Assembly: GCA_903911145.1 (NCBI GenBank)
Contig: CAIWCD010000006.1
Coordinates: forward strand, 1-51,695
Length of the DNA stretch: 51,695 nucleotides
Direction: 5' to 3'
Origin: an uncultured delta proteobacterium
GTDB taxonomy: Bacteria; Myxococcota; Myxococcia; Myxococcales; 40CM-4-68-19
Shown: piece by piece, positions 29,912 through 40,797 of the stretch
Layout of the letters: every line of letters begins with the position of its first letter
Numbering within the stretch: position 1 is the stretch's first letter
Notes under the pieces: model-generated
Seen by the model: only the letters and a program-made list of their open reading frames with translations
Told to the model about the DNA's origin: nothing
Databases searched by the model: none
Position numbers and translations under genes: made by a program

Positions 29912-30694
29912 TTGAACGCGATCAGATCTCACGCGGGACCGCAGGAGTCCGTCCACGTCGTTCAGCACGCGCGCATCGCGCCGGTCCGCCTCGACCGCAA
30001 TCCACCTGCGTGCGACATTCGCCGCAGAGCCGTGCGATGGGGCACGACCCTCTTCCTCGCGCTGCTCTGGCTGCCAGGGGCTTCACTCATGGCCGATCCT
30101 TCGCCGACAGTTCTGCGCGCGCGCGTTGAGCAGCGCGTGCTCGATGCGCTGGCCGCGCTCAATGCCACAACGACCGCGCAACTGGTCTCCGGCGGCCCCG
30201 CGCGGACTCTGCGCCTTGGAGATATGCCCGCGTCGCCATACTCGAAAGGCCGCATCCTGTTCGCCGAGTTGGTGGTCGCCCCCGGCGCGCCAGGAGACCT
30301 TGGTGTGCCGAGCGAGCTTTCGCTGCGCTGCGTGGTTCAACTCGATGGGGAGAAGATCTCCATCTCGGAATGCCCGACCCGCGCCGATCTCGAGACAGCC
30401 GTGCGCCAGATGCTCTCGACCGAGGCACGCGCATATGCCGCGGCGGAGAAGGCCTTCGCGCAGGGCGATCTGTTGCCCGGCCCCGGTTTCTCCTCGTGGA
30501 AGCAAGCGCTGCGCGCAGCGCGGCTCGATCCGCGTCTGCCGCGCGAGATGTTCGCCGGCACACCGACGTGGCACTTCATCTTCAATCCCTGGAACGAGCG
30601 CAGTGGATATCGCAGCGTGCTGCTCGACGCCGCGTCCGGCGCGGTCCAGCTGCTCAACGGCCAGCCACCACGCGGCCGAGGAGATTCACCATGA
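29912..30694 (+). CDS. Hypothetical protein (start uncertain)
   Basis: Open 260 aa with host-like codons; ATGA overlap with the next gene. Confidence 0.55.
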   Translation: MNAIRSHAGPQESVHVVQHARIAPVRLDRNPPACDIRRRAVRWGTTLFLALLWLPGASLMADPSPTVLRARVEQRVLDALAALNATTTAQLVSGGPARTLRLGDMPASPYSKGRILFAELVVAPGAPGDLGVPSELSLRCVVQLDGEKISISECPTRADLETAVRQMLSTEARAYAAAEKAFAQGDLLPGPGFSSWKQALRAARLDPRLPREMFAGTPTWHFIFNPWNERSGYRSVLLDAASGAVQLLNGQPPRGRGDSP

Positions 30695-31254
30695 ATGGTT
30701 TCGACGCCTGCGAACTTCTCTCGCGCAACTTGAGCACGCCGCGCGCGCTCCTCCGGATGAATCGATTCGCAGAAGGCCGCGCGGGAGTCCTTGCCGCGCT
30801 GCGCGCGATTGATATTCCGCTCGAAGCGGCGGCACCGATGGACGACGCGGCCCTCGCGCAGCTCCCTGCGCACACGCTGGTGATCTTCGGGAACAGCAAC
30901 GGATATGGAACCTTTCTGCGCCTCGTGCCCGAAGAGGCACTCGATGCGGAGCTCGCGGCAGCGCTTGCGCTCGTCGATGACAGCCCGCTCTCGTTCGACG
31001 CCTGCAGCGAGGATCCTCCGCGATACTTTGCGTTCGCGAAATCGGCGCTCGCGGGTTCAGCGATGGATCCGGAAGACGTCACCATGGAGCAGGAGGACGC
31101 GCCTGCCGAGTTCCGCCTCTCCAGTGACATCATGAACGCACTCTTTGAACGCTGGGATACCCATCGCGTGACGACGCACAGCCAGGCCGCGAGAAACGGG
31201 TGCGAGCTCAATACGCGCATTGCTGCTGTACGACATCTGTACCGGGAGCTTTAG
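30691..31254 (+). CDS. Hypothetical protein
   Basis: GAGGAG RBS then MNGFDACE...; acidic 187-aa ORF. Confidence 0.65.
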   Translation: MNGFDACELLSRNLSTPRALLRMNRFAEGRAGVLAALRAIDIPLEAAAPMDDAALAQLPAHTLVIFGNSNGYGTFLRLVPEEALDAELAAALALVDDSPLSFDACSEDPPRYFAFAKSALAGSAMDPEDVTMEQEDAPAEFRLSSDIMNALFERWDTHRVTTHSQAARNGCELNTRIAAVRHLYREL

Positions 31255-31429
31255 GTCCCACGGCGCAGAGCCACTCGACCGCGCAGGTGCGGTTCGACTG
31301 ATCTGGATATTCCCTTCCTCTGCATGACGGGCGCGCGCGGAGGGATTGCCGGTATATGTGACGCCCAGCGCGAGCCTCCGCGCGGCTTGAGTACGCGGGC
31401 ACTCTTCAGCGTGCCAAAGGTTGGAATCC

Positions 31430-34400
31430 ATGATCCAGGCAACTCGCTCAACGACTATCGGGCTCATCGTGGCCCTCTTTGCCTGCCTGCTCGGGTGTGG
31501 ATCACCGCCGGCGCATCAACCGATCGCAATCAGTCTCAGTCCCACCAGCGCCTCAGTTCAGACCAGTGCGGCTCAGGCATTCACGGCCAGCGTGACGGGA
31601 ACCACCAACACCGGCGTCAACTGGTCGGTGATCGAGGGAAGCAGCGGTGGAGTGATCACGACCTCAGGCGCATATACCGCGCCTTCCGTTCCGGGCCGCT
31701 ATCACGTCGTCGTTGCGAGCCAAGCCGATCTCCACGCGACCGCGACCGCACTGGTGACCGTAACCGCGATTCCTCCTCCACCGACGATCACCAGCGTTTC
31801 GGTCAGTCCGGGCAGCGTCACCCTCGACGCAGGCACGACGCAGTTGTTCGCGGCGCAGGTCAACGGATCGCCGAGTGACGCGGTCGTCTGGACCGTCCGC
31901 GCGGGAGGGCCAGGGGGAACCATCGATTCGACTGGCCTCTACACTGCACCCCTGCGCGCCGGCCTGGATCAAGTGCTTGCGACGAGCACCGTCGACGCGA
32001 CCATGGGCGGCATCGGCAACGTGACCGTGACGACTCCGGCTCCGACCGGCCTTGGTTATTCGCCCTCCTCCATCAGTTGCACGCGCGCAGTTGCATGCGC
32101 TCTGGCTGCGCCCGCGCTCTCCGGCGGCACGGAGGTGTCGTTCTCGATTCTTCCCACGCTGCCGGCGGGTCTCGCCGTGAACACGTCAACCGGCGCGATC
32201 TCCGGCACGCCAACGACCCTCAGCGCGCTCTCGACCTATCGAGTGACAGCGACCAATTCCTGGGGCTCGGCGAGCACCACGATCCGCATCGAGGTCAAGG
32301 ACAGCCTGCCTTCGTTGGTCTACTCGCCCAGCGCGCTGATCTGTCTGGAACAGACTCCCTGCGCACTCGCAGCGCCCACCAACTCCGGAGGCGCAGTCGT
32401 CTCCTATGCCATTGCACCAGCGCTACCAATCGGCCTCGCTCTCGACACCGGGACCGGCGCGATCTCAGGGACTCCAACCAACCCGATGGTCACTGAACAC
32501 TACACGGTGACAGCGACGAACTCAGGCGGCGCTGTGCCGGTCGCGATCTCAGTCGCGGTTACGACCCCGCCTGGACAAGCACCTGGCCATACTGAGGTCC
32601 AGCAGTGCGATAACTTCGTTTATCTGGACGACGGGGCGTTCAAATTGAACGGCGCGCCCTTCCCGCTCAAGAGCGCGAACTTCCACTTGAGCCTTCTCGC
32701 GAAGACAGTGCAGGCCGGCGACCCGATCGTCTACGACACGCCGCGCGTGGCCCAGGGCGGCGCTCTGTACGATCTCTCTCTGCAGATGGACGTCAACTAC
32801 GACCCAGCTTCCAACACCTGCGTCGATAAGGATTCGTGCGAAGCGCTGATGGCCGCGCAGGTCACGAACCTGAAAGCCCTCGGTATCAATTCAGTCAGGT
32901 TGATGATCGACCACTCTCTATTTGGAAACGGCGATCCCGCGTCCTCGATCCCCGACGCAGATCAGCAGGACATGTTCTTCCGGACAGATCCATGGCAGTG
33001 GAATTTCATGCTCGACATGGCCAACCCGAGCGCCATGGATGCCGTGCTTCTCCTCGAGAAACGGGCGGTCGAGTTCCTCGGCGCGCGCGGCATTCGAAGC
33101 CTGCTGCTGCTGACGGGAACGCCGTATATGTATGGCAACGTCCCCGAAAACAAAGCCTTCACGGACTATCTGGCAAAGCTCTCCGCCACGATGGCCGACG
33201 AGCCCTATCTGATTGGTTATGACTTTGATAACGAGCCGACCTGGGCCTCGGGTGCACCGGCCGGGAGTTCCTTCAGCATCACCAAGGATCAGACGCAGAG
33301 TCTGGTCCAGAGCTGGGTTGATGCAGTCAGGTCAACCAACTCGCACGCATTGACCACGGTCGGCAACGCCTTCGCGATCGCTTCCGTCGACACCTGGGAT
33401 CCGCAATTCCTTCCCATCGATTTCGCCTCCTATCATATCTATCCGGACGCTCCGATGAACTGGAGCCACGACGCGGACTACGTCCAGCGCGAGACCTGGT
33501 TCGTCAAACTCAATAGCTGCGGAAGCGTCTGCCCTGTCGGGACGACATTCACTGGCGGCAACTGCCACGTCCTCGACGGCCCACCCGGCAGCACCGGGGC
33601 AGCACAGAACGGCCAGTTCCAGACGACAGACTCCGGAGGCCATACCGCTGTGGTTGGATCTTATGAGGTCGGTTACGACCAACCGCTGCTCGAGACGCGT
33701 CCGTTCTACTATGTGCAGCCACACGCCGCGTCGTGTCCCGCGGGGTCGAGTTCAGACGGCGCGAACTGTCTGGTTGCAATCGGCCCGGCAGGCGCCCATG
33801 GATTTACCTATGGCCAGAATTTCTATTACCAATATCTAAGCTCCAGCCACCACTGCCTGCCTCCGGCCGTCGACGACGGAGCCAACTGCAACGTCGCGCC
33901 GATTCCAACCGGATACAATCCATTCATCCTGAATGGTCCGGTCTTCTTCATCGCGGCCCGACACTGCGGAGTGAATGGGCGTAAGCCGGCGATCGTCGGC
34001 GAGTTCGGCATGAGCACATCTGATCTCGATCCGAATACCGGCGCGGTATTGAAGGTCAACGACGGCAGCGCGCAGGATCAGGCGACCTGGCTGACCAACG
34101 TCGCGACGCGCGCATATAACTGCGGATACCAGGGCATTCAATGGTGGGAATATGAAGACGAGCATTGGGCCTTCCCGGACCATTTCGGGATGTGGGGATT
34201 CTGGAGCGCGGTGCACCCCGGCGAGCCCGCGCCGGATCCCAGCGCCATTGCAATGCGCCCATCGGGACTGGCGATGGCAGCGCTCAACCCCGCGGCGCTG
34301 CTACCTGGAAGCTGCCCCGCGCCCTGGGATTTCACCTGGCCTCATTACGGCAGCGATTATGCCGGCGGCACGGGATACAGCTACAGCGGCACGGTCTCAG

Positions 34401-34675
34401 ACACGAGCGGGAATCCGATCCCGTATGCGCTGGTCATGGGCCGCCTGTTGAACGACCCCGATTTCTTCATCAACACCGACGCAAACGGAAATTGGTCGAT
34501 GAATACGCCCAAGCTCATCAACTACATCACCGCCACCCAGTTCGGATACGAGAGCTCAAGCCGCCACTATCCCGTTCCGCTGATCAACTCGAGCATTGAA
34601 CTGAGCCCGGGAAATCTGCCGGCCTATCACCCGCCTTCGAGCAACGATCAGGCGTGCCGGGTGATCGTGTATTGA
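31430..34675 (+). CDS. Lipoprotein with Ig-like domains and a clan GH-A (GH5/GH2-like) glycoside hydrolase domain
   Basis: Lipobox LLGC; two Big-like repeats (G.YTAP); two He_PIG-like repeats (LP.GL....TGAISGTPT); LGINSVRL, DNEP (acid/base), SYHIYP, IVGEFG (nucleophile). Confidence 0.85.
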   Translation: MIQATRSTTIGLIVALFACLLGCGSPPAHQPIAISLSPTSASVQTSAAQAFTASVTGTTNTGVNWSVIEGSSGGVITTSGAYTAPSVPGRYHVVVASQADLHATATALVTVTAIPPPPTITSVSVSPGSVTLDAGTTQLFAAQVNGSPSDAVVWTVRAGGPGGTIDSTGLYTAPLRAGLDQVLATSTVDATMGGIGNVTVTTPAPTGLGYSPSSISCTRAVACALAAPALSGGTEVSFSILPTLPAGLAVNTSTGAISGTPTTLSALSTYRVTATNSWGSASTTIRIEVKDSLPSLVYSPSALICLEQTPCALAAPTNSGGAVVSYAIAPALPIGLALDTGTGAISGTPTNPMVTEHYTVTATNSGGAVPVAISVAVTTPPGQAPGHTEVQQCDNFVYLDDGAFKLNGAPFPLKSANFHLSLLAKTVQAGDPIVYDTPRVAQGGALYDLSLQMDVNYDPASNTCVDKDSCEALMAAQVTNLKALGINSVRLMIDHSLFGNGDPASSIPDADQQDMFFRTDPWQWNFMLDMANPSAMDAVLLLEKRAVEFLGARGIRSLLLLTGTPYMYGNVPENKAFTDYLAKLSATMADEPYLIGYDFDNEPTWASGAPAGSSFSITKDQTQSLVQSWVDAVRSTNSHALTTVGNAFAIASVDTWDPQFLPIDFASYHIYPDAPMNWSHDADYVQRETWFVKLNSCGSVCPVGTTFTGGNCHVLDGPPGSTGAAQNGQFQTTDSGGHTAVVGSYEVGYDQPLLETRPFYYVQPHAASCPAGSSSDGANCLVAIGPAGAHGFTYGQNFYYQYLSSSHHCLPPAVDDGANCNVAPIPTGYNPFILNGPVFFIAARHCGVNGRKPAIVGEFGMSTSDLDPNTGAVLKVNDGSAQDQATWLTNVATRAYNCGYQGIQWWEYEDEHWAFPDHFGMWGFWSAVHPGEPAPDPSAIAMRPSGLAMAALNPAALLPGSCPAPWDFTWPHYGSDYAGGTGYSYSGTVSDTSGNPIPYALVMGRLLNDPDFFINTDANGNWSMNTPKLINYITATQFGYESSSRHYPVPLINSSIELSPGNLPAYHPPSSNDQACRVIVY

Positions 34676-34786
34676 TCCGGATGCTGACGCTCACCCGTCT
34701 TGCCGACGTTCCGGGCCATCTGAGCTGGGATGGACACTGGAATCGATCAGGCAAGACGAATAAGCGCACCGCGCCGTTCGCAGCGA

Positions 34787-35956
34787 CTACTTCTTCGCGT
34801 ATCCCTCCGGAATCGAAATATTCGCGGCGGGAACCTCTGCGGCAATCAAGTCGCTCATCGTCGCCGTCAGGTGCCAGGGTTTCTCCGCCTGCGCGTCGGC
34901 GGGGCCCGTCGCAGTCGTATCTGCCGCGCCCGAGGAGGCGTCGTCGGTTGCGTCCGCAAGATCGGATCCCGTATCGCTCGAGGCCATCGCTTTCATCACG
35001 CCGGCCATCCGATATTTTAATCCCTGGCCCTTCAAATCGTATTCGACCTTCAGCGGGATCCCCGGCATTGCGGCGAGTGCCTTCTCGAACTGCTCGCGGA
35101 CCGCGTCGGAATTAATCAGATAGAGAGCGGCGTCCATGTTCTCACGCAGCGAGATGCCACCAATACCGCCCTTCCTACGCGCCCCGCTGTAAGCGCGCCA
35201 CTGCGCGCCGAGCTCCTTCTCCTTTGAAGCGTCCATCCAATATCTAATGTCCCCGGAGAACTCGCTCGACTCCTTCGAGGCGGCATGCGCCAACGTCCAC
35301 TTCATATGGAGGACATAGAGTTTGGCTGCACCATCCGCAACGGGCTTCTCTTGCGAGAAGGAAGAGGATGCCGTCTCCCATCCATTGCCGGACTTGTTGG
35401 AGGCAACCAGGTTCTTCTGGCTGTACTCCTTCGGCTTGCCTGCCATATCCAGATACCGCACTGCCGTCTTTGCTTTCAGGTCAATCAGAGAGAAGACCGA
35501 GCTTCCTCCCGTGGTGGCCGCCGGCTTCTGTGCACCCTGCGCGGTCGCGTTCTGGTTGGCTTGGTTGGCCGCCTGCGCCTGCGCGCCGCCCATCTGCGCC
35601 TGCATCATCGCCATCTTCTGGCGCATCTCTTCCTTCTTCTTCGGGTCAGTTATCATCTCCAGATACTGGTTCATCTTGGCCATCTGGTCGCTCATCGCCT
35701 GGCTCTGGGCTGTCTGCGCGCCTTGCTGCGCTGTCGCCGCCGTATCAGCCGTGCTGGCGCCGGCCAGCGCGCCGAGATTCGAGAGGCTCATTTCAGCGCG
35801 CGAGCGATCGCCTGAGACCTGCACGCCGAGCTTCATGGTCATTGCCTGTGGAGACGTGAGCTCTTCCACTGTCGTGTAGGTCATGCCGGCGCGCGCCGGG
35901 CCGACCAGCGAGGTGCAGGCGACCGCGAAGATCGCCAGATGTGTTGCCTTACCCAT
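34787..35956 (-). CDS. Hypothetical secreted protein
   Basis: GGAGGA RBS, signal peptide ending ARA, Gln/Ala/Met-rich insert. Confidence 0.75.
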   Translation of the reverse strand: MGKATHLAIFAVACTSLVGPARAGMTYTTVEELTSPQAMTMKLGVQVSGDRSRAEMSLSNLGALAGASTADTAATAQQGAQTAQSQAMSDQMAKMNQYLEMITDPKKKEEMRQKMAMMQAQMGGAQAQAANQANQNATAQGAQKPAATTGGSSVFSLIDLKAKTAVRYLDMAGKPKEYSQKNLVASNKSGNGWETASSSFSQEKPVADGAAKLYVLHMKWTLAHAASKESSEFSGDIRYWMDASKEKELGAQWRAYSGARRKGGIGGISLRENMDAALYLINSDAVREQFEKALAAMPGIPLKVEYDLKGQGLKYRMAGVMKAMASSDTGSDLADATDDASSGAADTTATGPADAQAEKPWHLTATMSDLIAAEVPAANISIPEGYAKK

Positions 35957-35973
35957 GGGTACGTCCTCCGTGA

Positions 35974-37815
35974 TTACTGTTGGTGAACCAGATCCGGAAC
36001 GATCAGCTTCCAATCGACAGCTTTCATGACGCTGGCGGTTCCAAACTCCCGCGCACTCATGATCATGATCGGCGGTTGGTAGTTCAGGTAAGGAGGCTTG
36101 ACGATCCAGATCGCCTTCTCCGCGAGAGGAAAGCTCAGAGAGCGTGCCGCACCACTTTCGTGCAGCGTCAGCTTGAGCGAATCGAAACCACCACTCTGGG
36201 TATTGAACGAGACGAGCCCTGTCCACGACTGGCCGGGCTCGATTCGCAGATTCGTCCCCTGATGCGGCAGCACGGAATCGGAGTTGAGAAAGCGCTCGAG
36301 CTTCTTGGACGCGAGTCGAAGAGTGATCTTGGCCTCGAGCTTCGTCAGTCGGTCAGACGCGGATTCCTCCCACGCCGCCGGGGTGATCGCGACCATGACG
36401 CCATCCATCGTCTTGACCATTCCTGCGGGTACGGGCGCGTCGCCAGAACCAATGGCGTTGATATCGGCCTGCATCGACTCCTTCCACCGCTTGCGGCTCT
36501 CGTCGCCCTGCTTGATATTGTCGAGTTCCCAGCGCGCTCGGTTCTCGTAGAGGTTGGCCGTGTTGTATGCATGGGCACTGCGCGCCTGCGAGGCCAGCTG
36601 CTGATCGTGCCGGGCATCTGCGGCATTAATCCCATTCAGCATGGAGTGCGACGCATCGCCGAAGGCCTGAGACATGGCGGCTGCGCGTTCCGCTCGTTCT
36701 CGAATCGCGGCACGCTCGTGCGAGTCCATTCTCTCTTGCCAGTCGGCGCTCCATTGCTGCTCAGCCAGCTTTCCGTTCAACTCGATCTGGGTCTCGTTGA
36801 ACTCCGTCGCGGAGAGATTCGAGAACGTATACGGCGTCAACTCGGGATACATGAACTGCTGCAGACTCATCCCGTTGGCCAGCACGTCGGGACCCAACTC
36901 GCCGACGGGGAGCGCCGCGAGGGTGCCGGCGGTTGCGGCAGAGAGAACGATATCGTCGCTGGAGAATTCGATCGGCGCGGTTCCGCTGTTCTTGACGGTC
37001 AGGCCGAACGTTTGCGTCTTATATAGAAACGGTAGTTCGTAATTCAGCTTCTTATCTGTCTGCTCAGGATACCAGGGCTCCAGAGTGACCTGGGCCGTTC
37101 CGGATTGTCTGGAACCGGAGGAACTCGGCGCCAGCCACGGTCGCGTTGCAGCAAGAGATGTGTCACCAATGGCCGTGAGGAGCTCTTCGCCCTTCTTGCG
37201 GCTCTCCGCATCGTCGCCGCTGATACCAAGCTCCATATAATAGGTCCACGTGCGCCGCAGCCCGGCCCAGACTTTCATCCGTTCCACGGCCGCCTGCAGC
37301 CTGGGGATTGCATCCTTGTTCCGCTTCTGCCGCGCCGACTCTTCGTAATAGGCTTTGAAGAGATCGAGCTGCTCCAGTTCCTTAGACTCGGCGTGCCACG
37401 CATCCCAGAGCTTCTGTAGATGGTCGGCCTCGGGCTTCTCGTGCGCCGTGGCAATTGCGACCGGGTCTTCTACTCCCTTGGGCAGGAAGTCGGCCGAACC
37501 GAGTTGCGCGGCCGCCAGCCTGTAATATTTCGCCGCCTCCGCAGACTTCCCGGGAACCTGGGCGTAGGTATGGGCAGTGAGCAGGTAGTAATCGGCCAGC
37601 GCGAGCGCTCCGCCCTTACCGGAGGTCTTCATCTCGTCGAGCGAGGCGGCAAGCGTTGGGGCCAGCTCCGCAGGTTTCTGACCGAACACGGCCTCGACAA
37701 CTGTGCGCGGATAGCACGCTGGCAACGTCGTGTCCGCGGGCACCTGCGCAGCGTGGGCGTTGGCGGTATGCAACAGAATCAAGAATGCGAGAGCGCGGCC
37801 GCTATTTGTCGTCAT
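35974..37815 (-). CDS. Hypothetical secreted protein
   Basis: 613-aa ORF with a signal peptide ending AHA; co-oriented with the downstream gene. Confidence 0.75.
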   Translation of the reverse strand: MTTNSGRALAFLILLHTANAHAAQVPADTTLPACYPRTVVEAVFGQKPAELAPTLAASLDEMKTSGKGGALALADYYLLTAHTYAQVPGKSAEAAKYYRLAAAQLGSADFLPKGVEDPVAIATAHEKPEADHLQKLWDAWHAESKELEQLDLFKAYYEESARQKRNKDAIPRLQAAVERMKVWAGLRRTWTYYMELGISGDDAESRKKGEELLTAIGDTSLAATRPWLAPSSSGSRQSGTAQVTLEPWYPEQTDKKLNYELPFLYKTQTFGLTVKNSGTAPIEFSSDDIVLSAATAGTLAALPVGELGPDVLANGMSLQQFMYPELTPYTFSNLSATEFNETQIELNGKLAEQQWSADWQERMDSHERAAIRERAERAAAMSQAFGDASHSMLNGINAADARHDQQLASQARSAHAYNTANLYENRARWELDNIKQGDESRKRWKESMQADINAIGSGDAPVPAGMVKTMDGVMVAITPAAWEESASDRLTKLEAKITLRLASKKLERFLNSDSVLPHQGTNLRIEPGQSWTGLVSFNTQSGGFDSLKLTLHESGAARSLSFPLAEKAIWIVKPPYLNYQPPIMIMSAREFGTASVMKAVDWKLIVPDLVHQQ

Positions 37816-37928
37816 ACGGGGATCGTCCGCAAGGCAGCGCGGCAGAGTCGTTTACTGGAGCCTCTGCCGCGCTTCCGGAAGGCTGGTTGGGTTGCAGCGG
37901 CCAGTCGCGCAGGCCGCGCGCCCTGCAA

Positions 37929-38567
37929 CTACTGCGCGATGTCGTAAGGATCGACCTCGATGAATCCGTCGAGCTGGAACGTCCCCAGGCCCGACATGAC
38001 GCTTCCGACAATCGGCGCCATGGTCACCGAGCCCAGATTCCAGCGAACGACATACGCCTCCGGGACGCTCGGGTCGTGAACGCTGGTCGCCACCGAGGCA
38101 ACCTGGAGCGTGCCTCCCGTCGCCGACCACATCTGGGGAATCGGGCGCGTGCAGGTATCGGTGAACGTGATCGACGCCTGTCCTTGCGACAACGGTGAGC
38201 CGAGCGACGGCGGCGCAACGATGGTGCTCGACTGCCCCGCCACGGGTTTGGCATTGGCACCGCCGATGGTGATCTGCATGCAGTTCCCCGTGTACTGCAC
38301 CGAATACGTTCCCTTGCCGTCGGGCGGATTGTCGAGTTGGCTCCAGATGCCGCCGAACGCACCGTTGGCGAGGGGACTCACCGCGCAGAGGTCAGCGCCG
38401 TTCTCGTGCGTGATCGTCAGGGAGGACGTTCCCATCGCGGTCGAATTGCTATTGCTCCCAGTCGCGCAGTTGCTGCCTCCGTCAGATCCGCCGTCAGACG
38501 GGCTGTTCGTCGTGCCCGCTCCGCAACCTGCCAATGCCAAGGTCAACAACACGCCGAGTCAATTCAT
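37929..38567 (-). pseudogene. Lipoprotein gene with an in-frame TGA at codon 3
   Basis: GGAGG RBS then ATG AAT TGA CTC GGC GTG..., in frame with LLTLALAGC (lipobox). Confidence 0.6.
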
Positions 38568-38885
38568 GGTGAGCCTCCGGTTGAGATAGTCGTCAACCTC
38601 CAAGCTGCCGGTCGAACGATCACGAAGATAGAGTGGCATACCGGGTCGGCGTTGGCGACTGTTCATGGTGTCCCGTGGCGGAGTTTGAATCCAAAGCGCG
38701 ATTTCCATTGTTGTGGCCAATCGCCGCAGAGGGACCTCGGCGCACGTCACCGGCGAACCGGCGCCCCACGCCAACGTGAACTCGGACCGATCCGACATTC
38801 AACAGGCGATTCGGGTCTGAGAATGGATCGTCCGTCGAACCGATCTCAGACCTTCGAGCGCGCGCTCCTGTTAGAACCCGAGGCT

Positions 38886-39284
38886 ATGATCAATCGTATG
38901 TTCGGCTCATTCTCCATGCTGGCGTTCCTGCTCTCTGCCGCGCTGCTCGCGGCCGCGCCGGAACCTCTCACTGCCGGATACCGCTCGTGGTCTGCCGGTG
39001 ATTGCAAAGCGATCGTGACGGGCAACGACGCCTACTGCAAATCGAGTGACTGCAAGGGATTGGTCCGTCACAACGATGCGTACTGCGAAAGCGACGATTG
39101 CAAGGCCGTCGTTCGCCACAACGATGCCTACTGCAAGACCGACGACTGCAAGGGCGTCGTCCGCAACAACGACGCGTACTGCAAAAGCGGCGACTGCAAG
39201 GCGCTCGTTCGCAACAATGACGCCTATTGCGTCTCAGACTCCTGCAAGGCGATCGTCCGGAAGAACGACGCATACTGCCGATAG
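38886..39284 (+). CDS. Small secreted Cys-rich tandem-repeat protein
   Basis: Signal peptide then six 16-aa units DCKxxVRxNDAYCxxx (48-nt repeats, 39000-39281). Confidence 0.85.
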   Translation: MINRMFGSFSMLAFLLSAALLAAAPEPLTAGYRSWSAGDCKAIVTGNDAYCKSSDCKGLVRHNDAYCESDDCKAVVRHNDAYCKTDDCKGVVRNNDAYCKSGDCKALVRNNDAYCVSDSCKAIVRKNDAYCR

Positions 39285-39759
39285 CGCGGAGCCGCAGCCG
39301 ATGCCGCTGCCCGATTTATCGAGACGTTCTTGAATCCGATTTCCGCTGCATGAAACCAACCAGGGAGAGTCATCTGCTGATGACTTGATTGACTCCGGTG
39401 CGTGCAGATCTTTCTATCAGCCTGTACGCTCGCCCCCGGCGTCACACCGAATCAACTGACACAAGAGACGGCGGGCTGGAGTACAAGCCCCGCTGCAACC
39501 AGCACCGCATTTCGACGGAACACATCTCCTCTCCGGCCAGGACCGTCCCCCGGCTTGCCCCTGCCCAGGGTGCGGAACTGCCCATCACTTCGAGATTGAC
39601 CATGTCGTCAACGACCGTCCCGTTCCGTGACGACAGTGCGCTGACCAGCGCGCCATCCTCGCCCAGCATCACCGTGAGCGCTGAAGACACGACCACACTC
39701 GGCGGCGCGCGCGAGTTCGTTCCAGAGCATGCCGCGCGGCCGCTTGCGGGGCCCCGCTG

Positions 39760-40797
39760 ATGCGCCTCGGTCTGGCACCGGAGTCGTTCGTCGAAAGGAT
39801 CGGAGCGTGGCTCGGGATGGTGCCGGCGCCTCTGGTTCACGGCTTCTACGGGATGGCCGGCTCGCGCGTCTTGATGACCGCGCTCGAGTGCGGCCTCGTC
39901 GATGCGCTCGACCGACACCCCGGACAGACCGGCGAACAGCTCGCGACCGCGCTCTGCCTGGACGCGGCGGCGATCGAACACCTCGTCGCCTGCCTGCGCA
40001 CGCTCGCGGTGGTGCAGACGCGGACCACGCGCGGAGGCGCAGCGGTGCATGCGCTCAGCAGATCCGGAGCGCGCTGGCTCTCGTCTGCGTCGCCGACCTG
40101 CATCGCCGACTTCCTCCGCTTCAACGCCCACCAGTGGCGCTGGTGGGGAGAGCTGACGCAGGCGCTTGAACCCGGAGCGGCGCCGTTCGATCTGCACGCC
40201 TGGAGCCCGGAGGATATTCGCTGGGCCGAATATACAAAAGCGATGCACCAGCTCGCGCGGCTCGCCGCGCCCGAGGTCTGCGCGAAAGTGCCGGTGGGTC
40301 GGACGGGGACCACGCTTCTCGATCTCGCGGGAGGGCACGGCGCCTTCGCGGCCGAGCTCTGCCGACGCCACCCGCGGCTCTCTGCGACCGTGCTCGATCT
40401 GCCGGGGAACAACCGGGTTGCGCGCGAGCTCTGGGCGCAGCCGCGCATCGAATGGACCGATGGGAATGTTCTTCATGGCACCTTGCCGCAGGCCGATATC
40501 GTCACCTGCTTCCAGCTGCTCGGGCATCTCCAGCGCGACGAACGGCGCGCGCTGCTCGTGCGCATGCGAGCGGCGGTGCGGCCAGGAGGAACGCTCGCGC
40601 TGATGGATCACTTCGCGTCGAGCGGCCGCGACGATGCGAGCGCCTTCGTGGCGCTCAACTACTTCCTCGTCGCCCGCACGCCCCGGCTCACCGTGGAAGA
40701 GGCGGCGCGCGAACTGCGCGAGGCGGGATGGGCGACGCCGCGGATCACGCCGATTCTCCGCCTGCCTGGACAGTCGCTCCTCTGCTCGCGCGCGTAG
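39760..40797 (+). CDS. SAM-dependent O-methyltransferase (Methyltransf_2-like)
   Basis: N-terminal dimerisation helices; LLDLAGGHG; ATVLDLP. Confidence 0.88.
   Translation: MRLGLAPESFVERIGAWLGMVPAPLVHGFYGMAGSRVLMTALECGLVDALDRHPGQTGEQLATALCLDAAAIEHLVACLRTLAVVQTRTTRGGAAVHALSRSGARWLSSASPTCIADFLRFNAHQWRWWGELTQALEPGAAPFDLHAWSPEDIRWAEYTKAMHQLARLAAPEVCAKVPVGRTGTTLLDLAGGHGAFAAELCRRHPRLSATVLDLPGNNRVARELWAQPRIEWTDGNVLHGTLPQADIVTCFQLLGHLQRDERRALLVRMRAAVRPGGTLALMDHFASSGRDDASAFVALNYFLVARTPRLTVEEAARELREAGWATPRITPILRLPGQSLLCSRA

Noticed and set aside
39000..39281. CRISPR array (also the 45426-45473 and 2235-2530 repeats)
   Set aside because: The repeats are in-frame coding units without unique spacers, and there are no cas genes in the window.
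39389..39760. Short ORFs upstream of the methyltransferase
   Set aside because: No recognisable motif or clear RBS on either strand, so I cannot support a call.
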